The notes under the pieces are model-generated. The model was given only the letters and a program-made list of their open reading frames with translations, was not told the DNA's origin and made no database searches. Position numbers and translations under genes: made by a program. Below, one piece after another: positions 24,058 through 37,215 of a DNA stretch of 64,000 nucleotides; the first letter of the stretch is position 1; every line of letters starts with the position of its first letter. Source of the stretch: Lytechinus pictus (Eukaryota); NCBI RefSeq assembly GCF_037042905.1, contig NC_087251.1:38256001-38320000 (forward strand). Reading direction: 5' to 3'.

Positions 24058-27000
24058 CTGCATGAAGGTAGAAATAAAAGATGCATTGTCATGGCAGGCT
24101 ATAAATACTTTCGAAGTTTTATTCCATTTATTGTGATAACTTACAGTGAGGAGTGTTTATGTAAAAAAAAAAGTTGACAAATTAAAGCTCTCTTTGAAGA
24201 AAAATAGTGAATTTCCAGTCGCTTTCAACTCCCTTTGGTAGAAACGTCAAGGATCACTCCGTTTCCAGTGAATTAGAGTAAACATACGAATGTTTTAGGC
24301 AGTTTCACGTTAGAAAGTGTGTAATTCACTCAAAAACAAGTGAAAGTCACTCCTGATCTAGTGAATATAATTCATATGACACTTTCTCCAACGAGTGACT
24401 TCTTCACAAGCTTTTTAGAGAGTTATATCACGGGTATGTAACAATCATTTGGAAAAGTGGCAATTATTCACGAGAAAATATAGTTGTATTACAACTACAG
24501 GACAAGCGGTAAACAAATCATGGTTGGTTTTATTTTTTAATCTGATAAATGTAGATCTCTCACTTGAGTCATTCATGTCATCCCTGGCCCTTATTAGTGG
24601 TTTGTGTGGTTACAAATGTTAAACCATAAAAATCGCTGTGGCCGTGATTATGACCAAACTCGTTATATGGAGAATAGTAATTGGAGCGACAGTGTCCGTA
24701 TATTTATAAGCAGAACGAAAGAAAGGGGTTAAGTGGCGACTTTTAAGTGATATCTGTCTCGTGCGATCGTTGTCTTCGTTTCTTTGTGTTCATAATGTGT
24801 TTCTTTACTCAGTAAACTTCCAAACTCCTACATCATGCTCTAAACCAAAGTGGACTTAAAATATTTGTGATTTCACATCTTTAGGAGAAAAGGACAGAGG
24901 GAATTTAATTTGAAAGATTACTAAGAGAAGAACGCATCTCAAACAAACAAACAAAAAAGATAGGAAAGAGGAAGATGCTGAATGAACCAGAGGGAGATGA
25001 GAGGGGGTGGTAGGGAAACCCCAAGGAAGAACAGTATTACAGCTTTGCTGATTTGTTTTAAAAATGATATGTTTTGTTTTGTTTGGGGGGAGAAGACAGA
25101 ATTGAGCGAGAAGTACTAATATATCCAATTGTCATGATTGTTTTCTGAATTAAATCACGTTTTTAACTTTTGAAATCGAAAATCTTATATCTTCTTATTA
25201 CGTCAAGAAAAAAATACTCCGACAATAAACAAAGTTCAAGGGCTCATATGGAACATTACAAAATGCTTGTTTGAGGTCAGAGATCGGTCAGTGTCTTGTC
25301 TCCGTCAGTTCGTTACATCTAATCGCGCGTCTCACGGCGATGTGGCCTTGTCGAAATCAGAAGACAATTATTATTTGATCAGTATTAATAGGCTGTCCAA
25401 CTACGCCCCCAATTCTTTCTTTGTGGAACACCCTTGGACCCCATACCACGCACTGTGGTAAACTCCCTGTCAGTCTTATATTTAGAACAAAAAAATAAGA
25501 TAGAGATAAATCGTCTTGCATGGCCACTTTTTTTCAGTTTGTCTTCTCTCTCTCTCTCTACCTCTCTCTCTTTATTATTATTAACGCATTCATTACGCCA
25601 AAAAAAATATACAGGAATAAGTTCATAGAAAACCAATGTAATTCGGCTACAATGAAAAATTCGGTTTGGTGAAAATTTCAGTGTGAAATGGTAATCTTTC
25701 ACCGCTGATGATTTGGGTTTTTTTTTTCTCGAACAATTCGGGTAACAGTGTATACTGGGTAAGTTGATATAGGCCCACATTGGCTATATAGTGTTTGCAC
25801 CCTTTACAACATTTTCCCAATAGGCATATACAACTAATTCTTCTTTTCCGATGTATTCTCAGTATGTCTTCCCTGTATATGCCTTTCTCAATCTCATCTC
25901 AGTCCCTTTCATCCTCATGCCCCTTCCCTCCCTCAACCCCTTCCGCCCTCCCATCCCCTCCCCAATACAAATTCCCCTCTATCCCTCCCACCCTCCCTAG
26001 TGGCAGATCAAGGGGGTTTAGCCTTGGGCTCCCTAAAAATAATAAATAAAAGGGGGCTCACGAGTGTCGCGAATACAGAAAAGTGGCGGATCTACAGGAG
26101 GGGAGGGATAAGGACGCAATACGTCCGCAGCTCATTGGGTCAAACAAACATGGCCGGTCACCCCCCCCCCTCCCTCTCTTAGCAAAAAGCTAGATCCGCT
26201 GCTTCTCCCATCGCTCCCCTATATACCCCCTCCCATTCTGTCGCTCTCACCCGCCCACCCTCCCTTCTTTCCACCCCACCCCAATCCACTCCCCTCTATC
26301 ACTACGACCCCTCCGGTGTATAGAAAGGTGATTCGAACCCCTGTCCGCGCTTGTCATCAAGCTCACTCAACCATGCAGCCCAATTTCTTGAGGTGCCTTC
26401 ATCATCTTCCGCTCGTCGGCTTGTCATCTTTTATCAGATCTCGTACCGACCTTCCCCCCTGCTTTATCGAATAGAGGTCTGTGCCAGCTATGGCTGCAGG
26501 CGATAGATGAACTTGATAGATATAGTCTTGCTACTTCCTCTCATATTCCTGATAAAATTGTGCAAGTTATCGCGTAATAATAATTCATTTACTTATAATT
26601 ATGGAACTCATTCGGTTATTCAGTCATTATTGTGAAAGATATGTGGTTATTAAATTTAATTTATAATATTTTTCTGCAAGTTATTTAGTAATGACTATGC
26701 AAGTTCCGGAGTATCTTTAATTATACTTTAAAGCTCTGATGAGAAGTTACAAGTTTAATTGTTCAATAGACCAAATATTATAAACTTCAGTAAAATATAT
26801 TTTCCCCATATTCCCAATGAAATGATTAAGAAAATGGTGGAGTCGAAATTCCTTAAAACCCTACTTGGATTCATAATAATGCTTGGAAATGCGGTCATTT
26901 TTTCTTTCCACAATATTATGATTTTTGCAATGGTGAATTATGATGCTTAGTATAGTCACATATGGCTTACTCTTAAAACGCAGTAAAACTATTTCTTATT

Positions 27001-28305
27001 GATAATTCCCTTTTTTATTCTTCGTAATGAAATTAATAATGCATTTAACAAAATCATTATTAAGGGTTTACTAGACTACTCCGTTTACGATAAAAAAAAT
27101 CTTGATTGCCCTTATCAAATCAAGTCTTGGAACATTTCGCTACACTTATGTAAAAAGAAATACCAGCGAGAATTAGGTCAGATCTTAGAAAGAAGGGCTT
27201 AAAATTTGATTAACTATACGAAAGAATATTATCTAAATTCAGTTTGACCAGACGAATTTGATTAAAAAACAAAACAAAACAGTTATACAGGTCTACAGTT
27301 GCGAGACTATACATCACAGGTGTACGATAAAGCAATTACAGTAGACAATAGCAGAAATAGAAAGGAAGTGACTCGCCGTATCGCCTCAAAAGTCAACAAT
27401 TATGTGATTAGGAGCCGCCAACAGACACCAGGCACACATCTCTCATCACAATCATCGGGGGAGCTCCGGCATGGGACCTATCACAAGATTCGCTACTCAC
27501 TCCGGTGTGTCCTGTCAAGGCCAGCATGCATTGCCAAGTTCGTTGTAAAAATAAAACAGGTATCGCCCTACATAAAACCCAGCTCAGCTCAGCTCAGTCA
27601 TCTCGAAAAGACCTGACGACAGACTCGACTTGTTATGAGGTAAGGGGGGCACTGCCACTTTCATTGTAACGTTTAACAATGTCTTTGCACTTGTCTTGGT
27701 GCATGCGAGTATGCGACCCTATATTCTATCTCTCTTCGTCTCTTTAATTCAAATTCCCCTTTTCCCCAACTCTACTCCCCTTATTTATAGCTTCCTTCCC
27801 CTCTCCTCCCCCTCCCTCCTTTCCCTCGTCTCCGTGTGTCTCTATTCTTTCTCTTTTTCTCCCCTCCTGTGTCTCAATGCAATAGAAGTCAATAACATTG
27901 CCGTCTAGTGGTAACTTTAGTAAAATCCTTGATTTTGATTGGCTGTTGGAGCTACTTTATACCATTGCATGCATGACAAATTACCATAATCCTGAACACT
28001 TGTATGCAACGGAGCCATCACTCGTCTTTTTCTCTCTCAAACCGATACAATTACGTAATCCTATCATTTCCATGTTTTTATACAACTCTGTCACTCCAAA
28101 GATCTCTTCACTTTCCTACATTTAAGCGATTTACATGTATTTACGTTCCTCTCACGTAGATATGAAAACACCAATCTAAAGGGGTCACCGGGAGGGGTCA
28201 TGAACTCCGACTTTCCTACGTCTGGCTCACATAATAATTGCCAATTCTTTAATGAAGCTTTGAGAATTGTCTTTTTGAGCGGAGAGATGGAGACTAATGA
28301 CTTAC

Positions 28306-28408
28306 TTTTTCACTGTTATCTGCTCGGAGGGTCTGATCATGTTATTGACAGATTCTTCTGTGATTCCATACAGCACTGCACCAACCAAGCAACCGATGAA
28401 TGTCATAC
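28306..28408 (-). CDS. YeeE/YedE transporter exon 4
   Basis: tttacag|GT acceptor, AA|gtaagtc donor. Encodes GMTFIGCLVGAVLYGITEESVNNMIRPSEQITVK(K); its 103 nt supply exactly the phase 1 to phase 2 shift needed between exons 3 and 5. Confidence 0.9.
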
Positions 28409-29178
28409 CTGTAAATTCAAAGGATAATACGCAAGACAATGTTCATGATCATTCCCTCAAGCAAAGTTTTATTATTTCAAATTTATGTAATCCAATGTGA
28501 TTACTTGGATTTCGACGCTTATGACGCCCAACTTAATATCGAAATTAGCCCACTAGATATACACTTCATAATAATCACAGATTATCGCCAAAGCAATTCT
28601 GTTTATCTTATTTCTAGAAAAGAAGCATGTTTGTGTCCGGTGAAAGAAAGAATAAATGTATTTGCCGAAACCCACCGACAGAGTCCTTCAAATAGCAGAA
28701 AAGGAAACACGGATGGTCATTAGAGCAAAAATAGTAGATTAACAATTACTAAAAAAAAGAAACATGAACACGCCATGAAATAAAAACACAATCAATCCAA
28801 CTACGTTATGTCGTGTTTGTTGGTCTTCTGTAAAGTGTGTTATTTTGGGGGGACATTTACCGCTTTATTGATTTTTTTTTCCACGTTATTCTTGGTAAAT
28901 TATAATCTTTATGTTGTTGACGGATTCTCGTTGCATTGTGGCCACTAATCAAAGGTTTATTAATTTTCAGTTGCATATTTTGGGCTCAAATGCTCACCCG
29001 TTAAACTTCACATTCTACCGTGTGAAGGGGCACTAATCGCTTTCTGAAATAACTTCAATTTTCAAAGAGAATTTAGTTTAAAAGTGATGAATGTCACACT
29101 TGAAGCTTTCCTTGTATAACTTTTTTTTCAAAGAACACAATCACATTGATGTATCTTTACTCTCATTATAACAAACAT

Positions 29179-29317
29179 GGGAGCGTTTCTTGATAAGTCT
29201 TTTTCAGTGATTTTCACCAACTACTTAGCTCTCAGCCAATCGAGTGCAAGGATTTGTAGTAGCTTATAACATCTGTCGGCGAAAATCTCTGACAAAACTT
29301 TTCACGGGACGCTCTCC
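29179..29317. mobile_element. CCAAT-core MITE family C (other copies about 33524-33657 and 50198-50320)
   Basis: Shared core GCTCTNAGCCAATC...AGGATTT.AGTAGCTTA with decayed GGGAGCGTTTC-type ends in three places. Confidence 0.65.
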
Positions 29318-31129
29318 ATGTCCAGTTGATACGTCCGAAAAAGAGCTGAATCAGTTTCTTCTTTTCTTCCCTTTTTGATTATTTTTTTAACTTATTCTCA
29401 CGTTTGCTCTAGATAAGATTAAAACAAAGATTTCCGAGCATGTATTCATTCAGCGCCAACGTTCCAATCAGCTTTTCGAAACCTAACTAATGATTCCTTG
29501 AAAATCTCAACTGTTCAAGTACTTTAACTAGAGTGATAATCCGAAAACAAGAGAGAACATTTGGATGCCCCCACTAGCATTACTAGAAGGGGATGCTCAA
29601 CAAGTGTTTCTGACAAAACTTGCTTTTTGACACGATGTCTTTTGCTTCATCCCTAGGGAAACCTTGTACGATTTTCTACAATTAAAGGGACTATGGTGAT
29701 GGGTAAATTGCAGCCATCCAGGAATTAATTGAGTTCAAATGATCATCATTTTCGAAGAAATGGAGTTGGGAGATATTCTTTAAATGAAATTCGTTGACGA
29801 TGGTTCGTTAGGATTTACACCATCGAAGAATAACAAATAATTCGGTTCCAATATTGAATGGGAAAAGAACTGAAGGTGATTGGGATTAGGAAGTAATTGA
29901 AATAATTGAATTCGTAGTAGTAACAGTAAGGAAACAAACATTCAGTTTAATATAGGCATGGTACTGTTTCGAAAGAGATAAAAAGTAATCTAAAAAAAGA
30001 GAAAAGCCTTTTAAGCGCTATAGTCGTACTAATACAGCGGTCCATTTTGAGAGGGCATCTTAAGTAATCGTATGGGCAAGTGCTGCTAAAATTTGGAGGA
30101 TCCGGCCGTAACCACTTGAATTGATTTAACCAACCCAAATTAAATAACCGAAGACCTTGCAAATATGTGGTTTCTCTATTGCATTATAGGGTGAGTGACT
30201 TCATCGTCTTACTTCTCCGTGAAGAAAGGTAGATTTCGCGACAGCTACGCAGACGCTTTCTGGAACGTAGAAAATCTATTGTCGAATACACTTTGAGGCA
30301 ACGAAGTCTTTATCGGAGGTCGGTAAACCAAAACATTACTTTCGTTCGTGACTCTTATTTGGACAAACGACATATTTGCGATTTTTTCGTTAGTTTTGAA
30401 ACGTTGGACAAAACTGCTGTTCTGATTCACCGACCCCCCCCCCCCTTGATAAAGCCTTCATTGTTATTTGACTTGCACTTTCAATGCATTTGCTGCGTTG
30501 TATGATTCATGCCGCGTCGTTGAGCGAAAGCTCCCTATTGACAATCTGAAGCACGCACTTCAAAAGTCAAACTTCGCTCGAGACTCAGATTTTTGAAATT
30601 CGAATTCTAACCATGTTGGAAGAGTCTTCATATTTTCAAAATTTTCACACAGATATTGGACTGAATCGAATTCAGTTCCAAATTCATCACCAAAATATCG
30701 CTGACATATAGGCTACGACAATTTCTTATCATTGTTATTTGGGAGATGGAGTTAACATAATACGGTATGGCAGTACACAAAGAGGAAGTTTTCGAAATCT
30801 ATGATGCCTTCTACAACGCACCAATTACTTTGAAAATGCAAGTCAAATCACAATGGACAGCCGAGAGGTTTTTGTCGAAAGTTGGTGGGCCAGGGCAGCA
30901 GATCGTCCGAAGATACAGACCAGACGAAACAGTGCAAATATGTCGTTTGTCTAGAGTCCAAGACGACAGTGCTGTTTTGATTCACTGATTTTCGACAATG
31001 CCTGTTTTGTCATTTGATGGATTTTAACAAAAGATTATCTGCGTTAGAGAAAGCGTCTGCGTATTGATTGCGAAAACTCCCCATTGATGCGAATCATGTA
31101 TCCCCATCATGACTGATTGGTGGTGATTC

Positions 31130-31324
31130 GTTTACCTGATTGCTAAGAAAGCATGAATGCTTGTAAGCAAGCAACCAGAGGACCGACGGCTTAAGGTCCT
31201 CTCCGAAGGACCTGGTACTGAGGATTAGTTCCTTACCAAAGGGCACTAGCGCACCAAGTGGGAATCGAACCCGGGTCACCGGAATACGAATCCCCTGCTC
31301 TACCGACTGAGCTATCGCGCCTCC
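31130..31324 (-). mobile_element. tRNA-derived SINE (second family)
   Basis: Minus strand GGAGGCGCGATAGCTCAGTCGGTAGAGC (A box)...GGTTCGATTCCC (B box), running into a non-tRNA body GTGCCCTTTGGTAAGG...GTCCTTCGGAGAGGACCTTAAGCCGTCGGTCC. Confidence 0.85.
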
Positions 31325-31388
31325 TGATGGATGCATTATTGATTGCACATTTTGTTTTGTTTAATTTATTTGTTTCATTTTAACGTAC

Positions 31389-31437
31389 CTGCATGTTGGA
31401 CACCAGCTCCTACTTCAATCAAAACAGCTCCCGGACA
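31389..31437 (-). CDS. YeeE/YedE transporter exon 3
   Basis: tctag|TGT acceptor, G|gtacgt donor. Encodes CPGAVLIEVGAGVQHA, completing the GGxxxGxGMxLSGACPG motif. Confidence 0.9.
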
Positions 31438-31810
31438 CTAGACAAAAAATAAATAAAAACATGAAGTAAATTTGATTTTCCAGATTTAGATTTGCGATAC
31501 CATGATAATCGTGTCAGGTTTGGCGATGACGTGTCGCGCATGCGCCATATCTGAAAGGTTATGGATTCAGACGACTTGTGTCAGAAGGCCTACCTGCCAT
31601 TAAGTTCCAAATCAGAGTTATTAGGTCACGCCAGAAAAGAGCTCGGAAAAGAGAAAGTATTCGAGATTATGTAGGCCTACAACCTTTAAGTCTTGTTTGG
31701 GTTTATGGTAAAATTGAGTGTAATATAATTTATTATGTGGATTTGACCGTTCTATAGCAACAAAATTAGGGCGTGTCCGGTTTCCGGGTTTCAGTGGTGG
31801 TGGTGGTGGT

Positions 31811-31922
31811 TACTGGCGGCGGAGCAGAGGATTATCTTTTGTGTTTGGGGGGACGCAACAATAGACGTCCCCCCTCCCCCCCCCCCGAACACAAAAGATA
31901 ATCCTCTGCTCCGCCGCCAATG
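31811..31922. mobile_element. 112-bp hairpin MITE inserted in a (GGT)n tract
   Basis: 32-bp perfect inverted repeat TGGCGGCGGAGCAGAGGATTATCTTTTGTGTT; GTGGTGGT on both flanks. Confidence 0.8.
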
Positions 31923-33719
31923 GTGGTGGTAGTGGTAGTGGCGATTGGATTTGTAATTTGTGGGGTTCATACCCTTGGCTATACTAAGATTTATGATTGA
32001 TTGCGGGAAACCGGGACTCTATACAGATACAGTGCATGGAGTAAAGACGAACGAAATTATAAATGAGCGAATGATACAGATCTCGAGCGAAGGATCCCAG
32101 AATGAAATAACGGATGAATAGTCTTTAATACAATATTGACGAAAATCCTTCAAACTAGGTCGACCCGTGGTAATCCGCGTTATTTTTAGACATACTCTCA
32201 GAACATTTAGCTCATCCAGATTACATTTATCCTTACCTATATATAGTTACGTAAATTTTCTGGGATGAAACCCTTAAACGGGAATCTCGTGCTATTGTGA
32301 GAGAGGTCGAGGACTGGGTGATGTGTCAATCCAGGGTCTAATCGGTTAAAAAATGAATTATCATTAATGTATTACGTCATAGGAGATTATCCTGATCGCA
32401 AGAGGAGCATAAAGGCTATTGACCATAGAATCAAGGACAGTCAATTCAAGGGACTTCTAGCTCGCCGAGGTTGATTGAGATGGGTGGAATTTGTAAACAT
32501 CTTCAAATCAATTGTGTGCACTTTTTACGATTGACGGGTTGTGACTAATGATATTAAAACACATTTTCAACAATTTCCACTATTCAAAGTGTAGATGCGC
32601 CCCTGTATGTGGTCACCCCGGTGGTCACAAAATTCGTCCGGCGGTCAAGAGGCTTCTCAAGAATGTCTGGAAACCTATTTTTTTCCCGATCGGACCATCT
32701 CGCCATGACTTCCAATACCAAATTCACTTAATCACAAGATGCTTCAATTGTGGTTCGATTTCATATTACATATTCAAGGATGTTGCGTGTCGGTAATCAA
32801 ATGAAAAAGGTGATGGTAAACTCATATTAACAAGAAAAATAAAATAAAGATAAAATTAAAATATGGAAGGTTATGAAAATTCCAGGGTTTGTAATTATCA
32901 TCCAACCAGTCGCTTAGACGATGGCATTGGAAATATATCATAAAATTTGTAGTTTCTTTTAGTACTGTTGGCGCGTTGATTTGAAGCGTTTTTCATCTGA
33001 TTCGCGGGCTTTCTGACCCAATCAAGGACTTCCGAAACATAATTACAGGTTTAATGGTGCTTTAATTGATTAAAATGTAACACTGTATCTCCCTGACCTC
33101 TATATCGGTTGAATATTAATGAACTGTATGGTTTAAAGCTGTGTGTTACGAGGGCCTGTTCTCATTTACGTTAGAACTGGAAAATATACTGCAATCTTTA
33201 TTTATGATGAAGGTGTTATTGCGAAACCCCCCTTTTTATTTTCATTAGTATTTAGGTGGTTTAAGAGGATTACCGAGAGGCAATGCTACATGTATAGCAA
33301 ATTTACTGTAATGCAAATGCAGCTCAAGGCAAATAATTCGAGTTTAAAATCGACTAGATATTTATGTTTCATTGCCCCATCTTTTTATTATCGTTTCTTA
33401 AAGTAATTTCTACAACAATAAAGTCCAGCATAGTTTTAAGTCCAGAGCATTATAGTTGATGATATATATATATTTATAGTAATAATATTTTTTCTATCTT
33501 TTAAAAAACTCACGACATGTTCAGGCAAGTGCTACATGAAAGAAATATATCCAAGGATTTCACTCCGTAATTTGCTCTAAGCCAATCACGTGCAAGGATG
33601 TCAGTAGCTTAATTGTCAGTGAACATCATTATTTTGGCTTCATGACATTCTCTCGAGGCATCAATTAAACAAAGAGCTTGTGGTACCGTTTATCAAATTA
33701 TATAGTGAGAGTAACTTAC

Positions 33720-33961
33720 GGCTCCTGACAAGGCCATGCCGATGCCCAACATAGCACCACCGATAGCGGCCGCTGCCATCCCTTTGCTGTTCATCCGACA
33801 ACCTAGATTGTTGCGCGCTGACTGGAACTTGGATGCCGTGAAGGGGAGCAGCGAAAGGATGCTAAACCAAACGATGCTTGCGACGATGGCTGAAAGGAAC
33901 ATCTTCAGCATGACGAAATTCTGGAAGAGCATCTGGCCTCGGATGTTGTAAGGCTCGAAAA
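33720..33961 (-). CDS. YeeE/YedE transporter exon 2
   Basis: ttacag|TT acceptor, GCC|gtaagt donor. Encodes VFEPYNIRGQMLFQNFVMLKMFLSAIVASIVWFSILSLLPFTASKFQSARNNLGCRMNSKGMAAAAIGGAMLGIGMALSGA. Confidence 0.92.
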
Positions 33962-36794
33962 CTGTAATAGGATATAAATAAAGATTGCATGCGTTACACT
34001 CTGTAAAATTTGAGATCAGTTTAGCTGGGCAACACAACATAGGTTAGACTTTTGCCCCCAGAAGTGCAATGATGCCCAAAACGGTCAAGATCAACTGACT
34101 AATTTGTTTAAAGAAATTTTTTATGCTAAACCCTTGGTCATAATTCTACGAACACTATAAAAATATTGGGTAAAGATGCTACTTGGGGGGAATCATGTGT
34201 CTAAACAACATTGGGCATTTTTTTTAATCCAGTGTGATGAAAGTTTCGCCCATTCTAAAGTAATTGCTACTAATTTTTTTAACCTTACTGGACAATATGC
34301 TTCCCGCATGGGGTAAAATACTGCCCGAAATTGGATGGACACATAATTACCCTCGTGCTGGTTAAAATTTTACCCAATGTATTTCTACAGTGAACATTTG
34401 TGGTCAAATTGACGTTTGAAAAATATACCTTGACATTTGATACATGTTTTAGGTTTACTTCATCTTGGGCAAACTGGTGCGTTGATGATAAATTGTGTTA
34501 ATGTATTTTGTGTGTTGATGTGCAATAATTACTGGTCATTGAGAAACACATTATGTTGGGCAATTTTTGCTTAAACGAAATTGGTCAATCTAGTGAGCAA
34601 CAAAATTTGGACAATTAATGTCCAAATGTTGAATGGATGAATAAACGTTGGTTAATGATTAAAAATGACAATATACTTTAAGAGCGTATAATAAATCAAT
34701 GTTATTGGTGACACAATAGGTAGATGGCAATAAAATCTTTTCACTTAGTTACAACAATCAACAAGTGACCGAAGCGAGTGATAACATAATAAATAGAAAT
34801 ATGTATTAAAGAAAGGAAATTGAAAAATCGAACCTATATACCTGGGGAAATCAAATAACTTCATGGCCACGAAGAAAGAAAAAAACCTGAAGCGGCACGG
34901 ATAAAAGGTCTCGGGAAGAATGCAATATTTCCTGGTTTTACAATACATTACCTGTCAATGTCAATATTTCATATCCTGTATAGGTGAAACTCACCAGGTA
35001 CGACACTCCGCCCAGTTTTCACGGAGTGCGTGTTATATATCCCAGCAAGGGGGCTTACGTGCGACCCTCAGATCGTATTGCCAGGTGAAATTATTGAAGG
35101 ACACGTGTATCTGAATTTTCCACGATTTCTATGTGTAAAAACAGGTCTTTTTCAACAATTTTTCTTTGGTTAATAACAATCATGTTTTATATGATACTGT
35201 TGCAAAAAGAAATCAATATTAATTTCGGTTATTTCAATTTCAATCTTTTCTATGGTATTTTACAAGTATTAACCCTTTATTGTATTCATGTTTTAAAGAA
35301 TGTGCTGTAATCATGTTACTTTACTTCTTGGTTGTTCTCGTAACCTTTACGCCTGTGACACAATCATCATCGTTTTAATATGGCACATGCGGGAAAATCT
35401 CTATTTAAAAATTATGAACGAGTTAAGCGAGTGAGCAAAAATTGTGGCTGTTCGAAATGGGCAGTTAATTTTGTAATATTGATGTAAAATTCGGCAAATA
35501 ATATCATATTCCGACCCTATCTTTTTCTTTCTTTTTTCCTCTGTTGTTTTTTGTTTGGGGTCTGAGCTCAAGCCCCTCCCCCCCCCCCCATCTGTAAGCC
35601 AATTATAAATTTCATGAACCTCATCATACTGACAAAATCACCGGGGAAGGGGGCCATGAAATAGTATGCACTCACAGGAATTCGTTTAACCAACCCAAAA
35701 GTTGATTTTCAAAACATTCCAATTCATTTTGCATGCAATTTCGTTTCAACCAATGTTTGGTAGGTTCATATTTTAACCCCGGGATTTTAACAGGTTAGTT
35801 AAACTATTTCTGATAGTCTACCTTCTTATTCATCAATCACGCACATGAGGCCAATTTAGTCTGCTTATAAGAGCAAGACCGATAATGACCATAAATCGAC
35901 ACCGTAGAAATAATGATTTTTTTTCCTAAATCTGTTACCGCTGGAAATAATCAAATAATACCGGAATCCTTACCCTCTAAAATCCCGGGGCTTTATCCAG
36001 GTATATAACACCCCGAGGCCGCGAACCTTGGGCATTATTACTATATAGCGCACAGGGACGTTTATTATGCGATATCAATACTGTTTTATCATAACAACAA
36101 ATTGCGTTATTCGCCATTCAAATCCAACTCCCTTTGATATCGAGCGCGAGAGACCTTACGGCTTTTTTGTGATGGAAAATGAGAGAGAGAGAATAAAAAC
36201 ATATCCTCGTTGGGTTTTCATTGAACTTGGTAGCTTTTATGTTTGCGTAGTAGCCCCGATCCAAGCACTCTATCACCGGTCGTATTCTAATGACCTCGTT
36301 CACATATGACGACAAACTAACCCTTCAGAGGTAAACCCCTATTATATGCTGATATAAAGGGATGACTTTGGGGTCCTCGTTGGTGGAGTTGTTGATCGCA
36401 TAAAGCGGATAAGCACTTCGGGATCGTTTTACTTCGGAAACAAAAATAGCTGATGGTAAAATTAGACTGTGTATTATTATTTACGAAGGTTATGTAATGT
36501 TCTGTAAAATGAGAATGGTGGATGCATGTTAAGCCTATTGAGTACAAGTGGGTTTGTTTTTTAATACTTTCACCCTCCATCTTAATCTAATGTGACGCTA
36601 AATTACGAGTGGGAATGAAAGTTTTGTCAAACACCAGTTTATTCCAAGCATGATTAAAAGAACAAGGAAATTTATGACGTGTAGAGAAAATCGAACTCAA
36701 GTTCTTAATAATACAAACCTTTAAAACATTAACCACTTGGCTGTAAAACCACCCTAATTATTAGCTTTCCTTTATTCAATTTTACGACCTATAT

Positions 36795-36818
36795 ACCCCC
36801 TCTCTTCTCTGACTCTCC

Positions 36819-36849
<31 letters not shown>

Positions 36850-37136
36850 TCTCTCTCTCTCTACTCCTCCTCCCCCAACTATCTCTCTGTGCTTGTCTCA
36901 TTCTCTCATTATCTCTATACCCTGACACGTACACTCGCTCTTTTTGTTTGCCCTAACCCACACAATACCCTATCTCACACACACACACACACACACACCC
37001 GCTCACATACATACCCTCACTCTTTCTCTCTCTCTCGCTCGATTCCTCCTCCTCCGACAATCTCTCTGTGCTCGTCTCACTCTCTTCTTATCTCTGCCCC
37101 CCTCTCCCTAACCCACTCACGCACACAGTCCCGCTT

Positions 37137-37168
<32 letters not shown>

Positions 37169-37215
37169 CCCCCTCCCTCTCTTTCCCGTTCTCTCTTCTT
37201 ATCCCCTCTCTCCCA
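36795..37215. repeat. Compound (CA)n/(CT)n microsatellite region
   Basis: Visible CA and CT dinucleotide runs in a pyrimidine-rich tract. Confidence 0.9.

Noticed and set aside
25330..27600. Alternative candidates for transporter exon 4, or exons of a nested gene (about 25336-25466, 26370-26548, 27501-27567)
   Set aside because: Each has stops in the required phase and no family similarity; 28306-28408 fits both phase and motif.
29575..29680. THAP-like peptide on the minus strand (QGFPRDEAK...FCQKH)
   Set aside because: Spacing is too short, the conserved Trp and the N-terminal Cys pair are missing, and there is no exon context; at best a decayed relic.
31250..31324. Possible tRNA gene
   Set aside because: The acceptor stem is poor and the sequence continues into a SINE body with no terminator; it is a SINE head.
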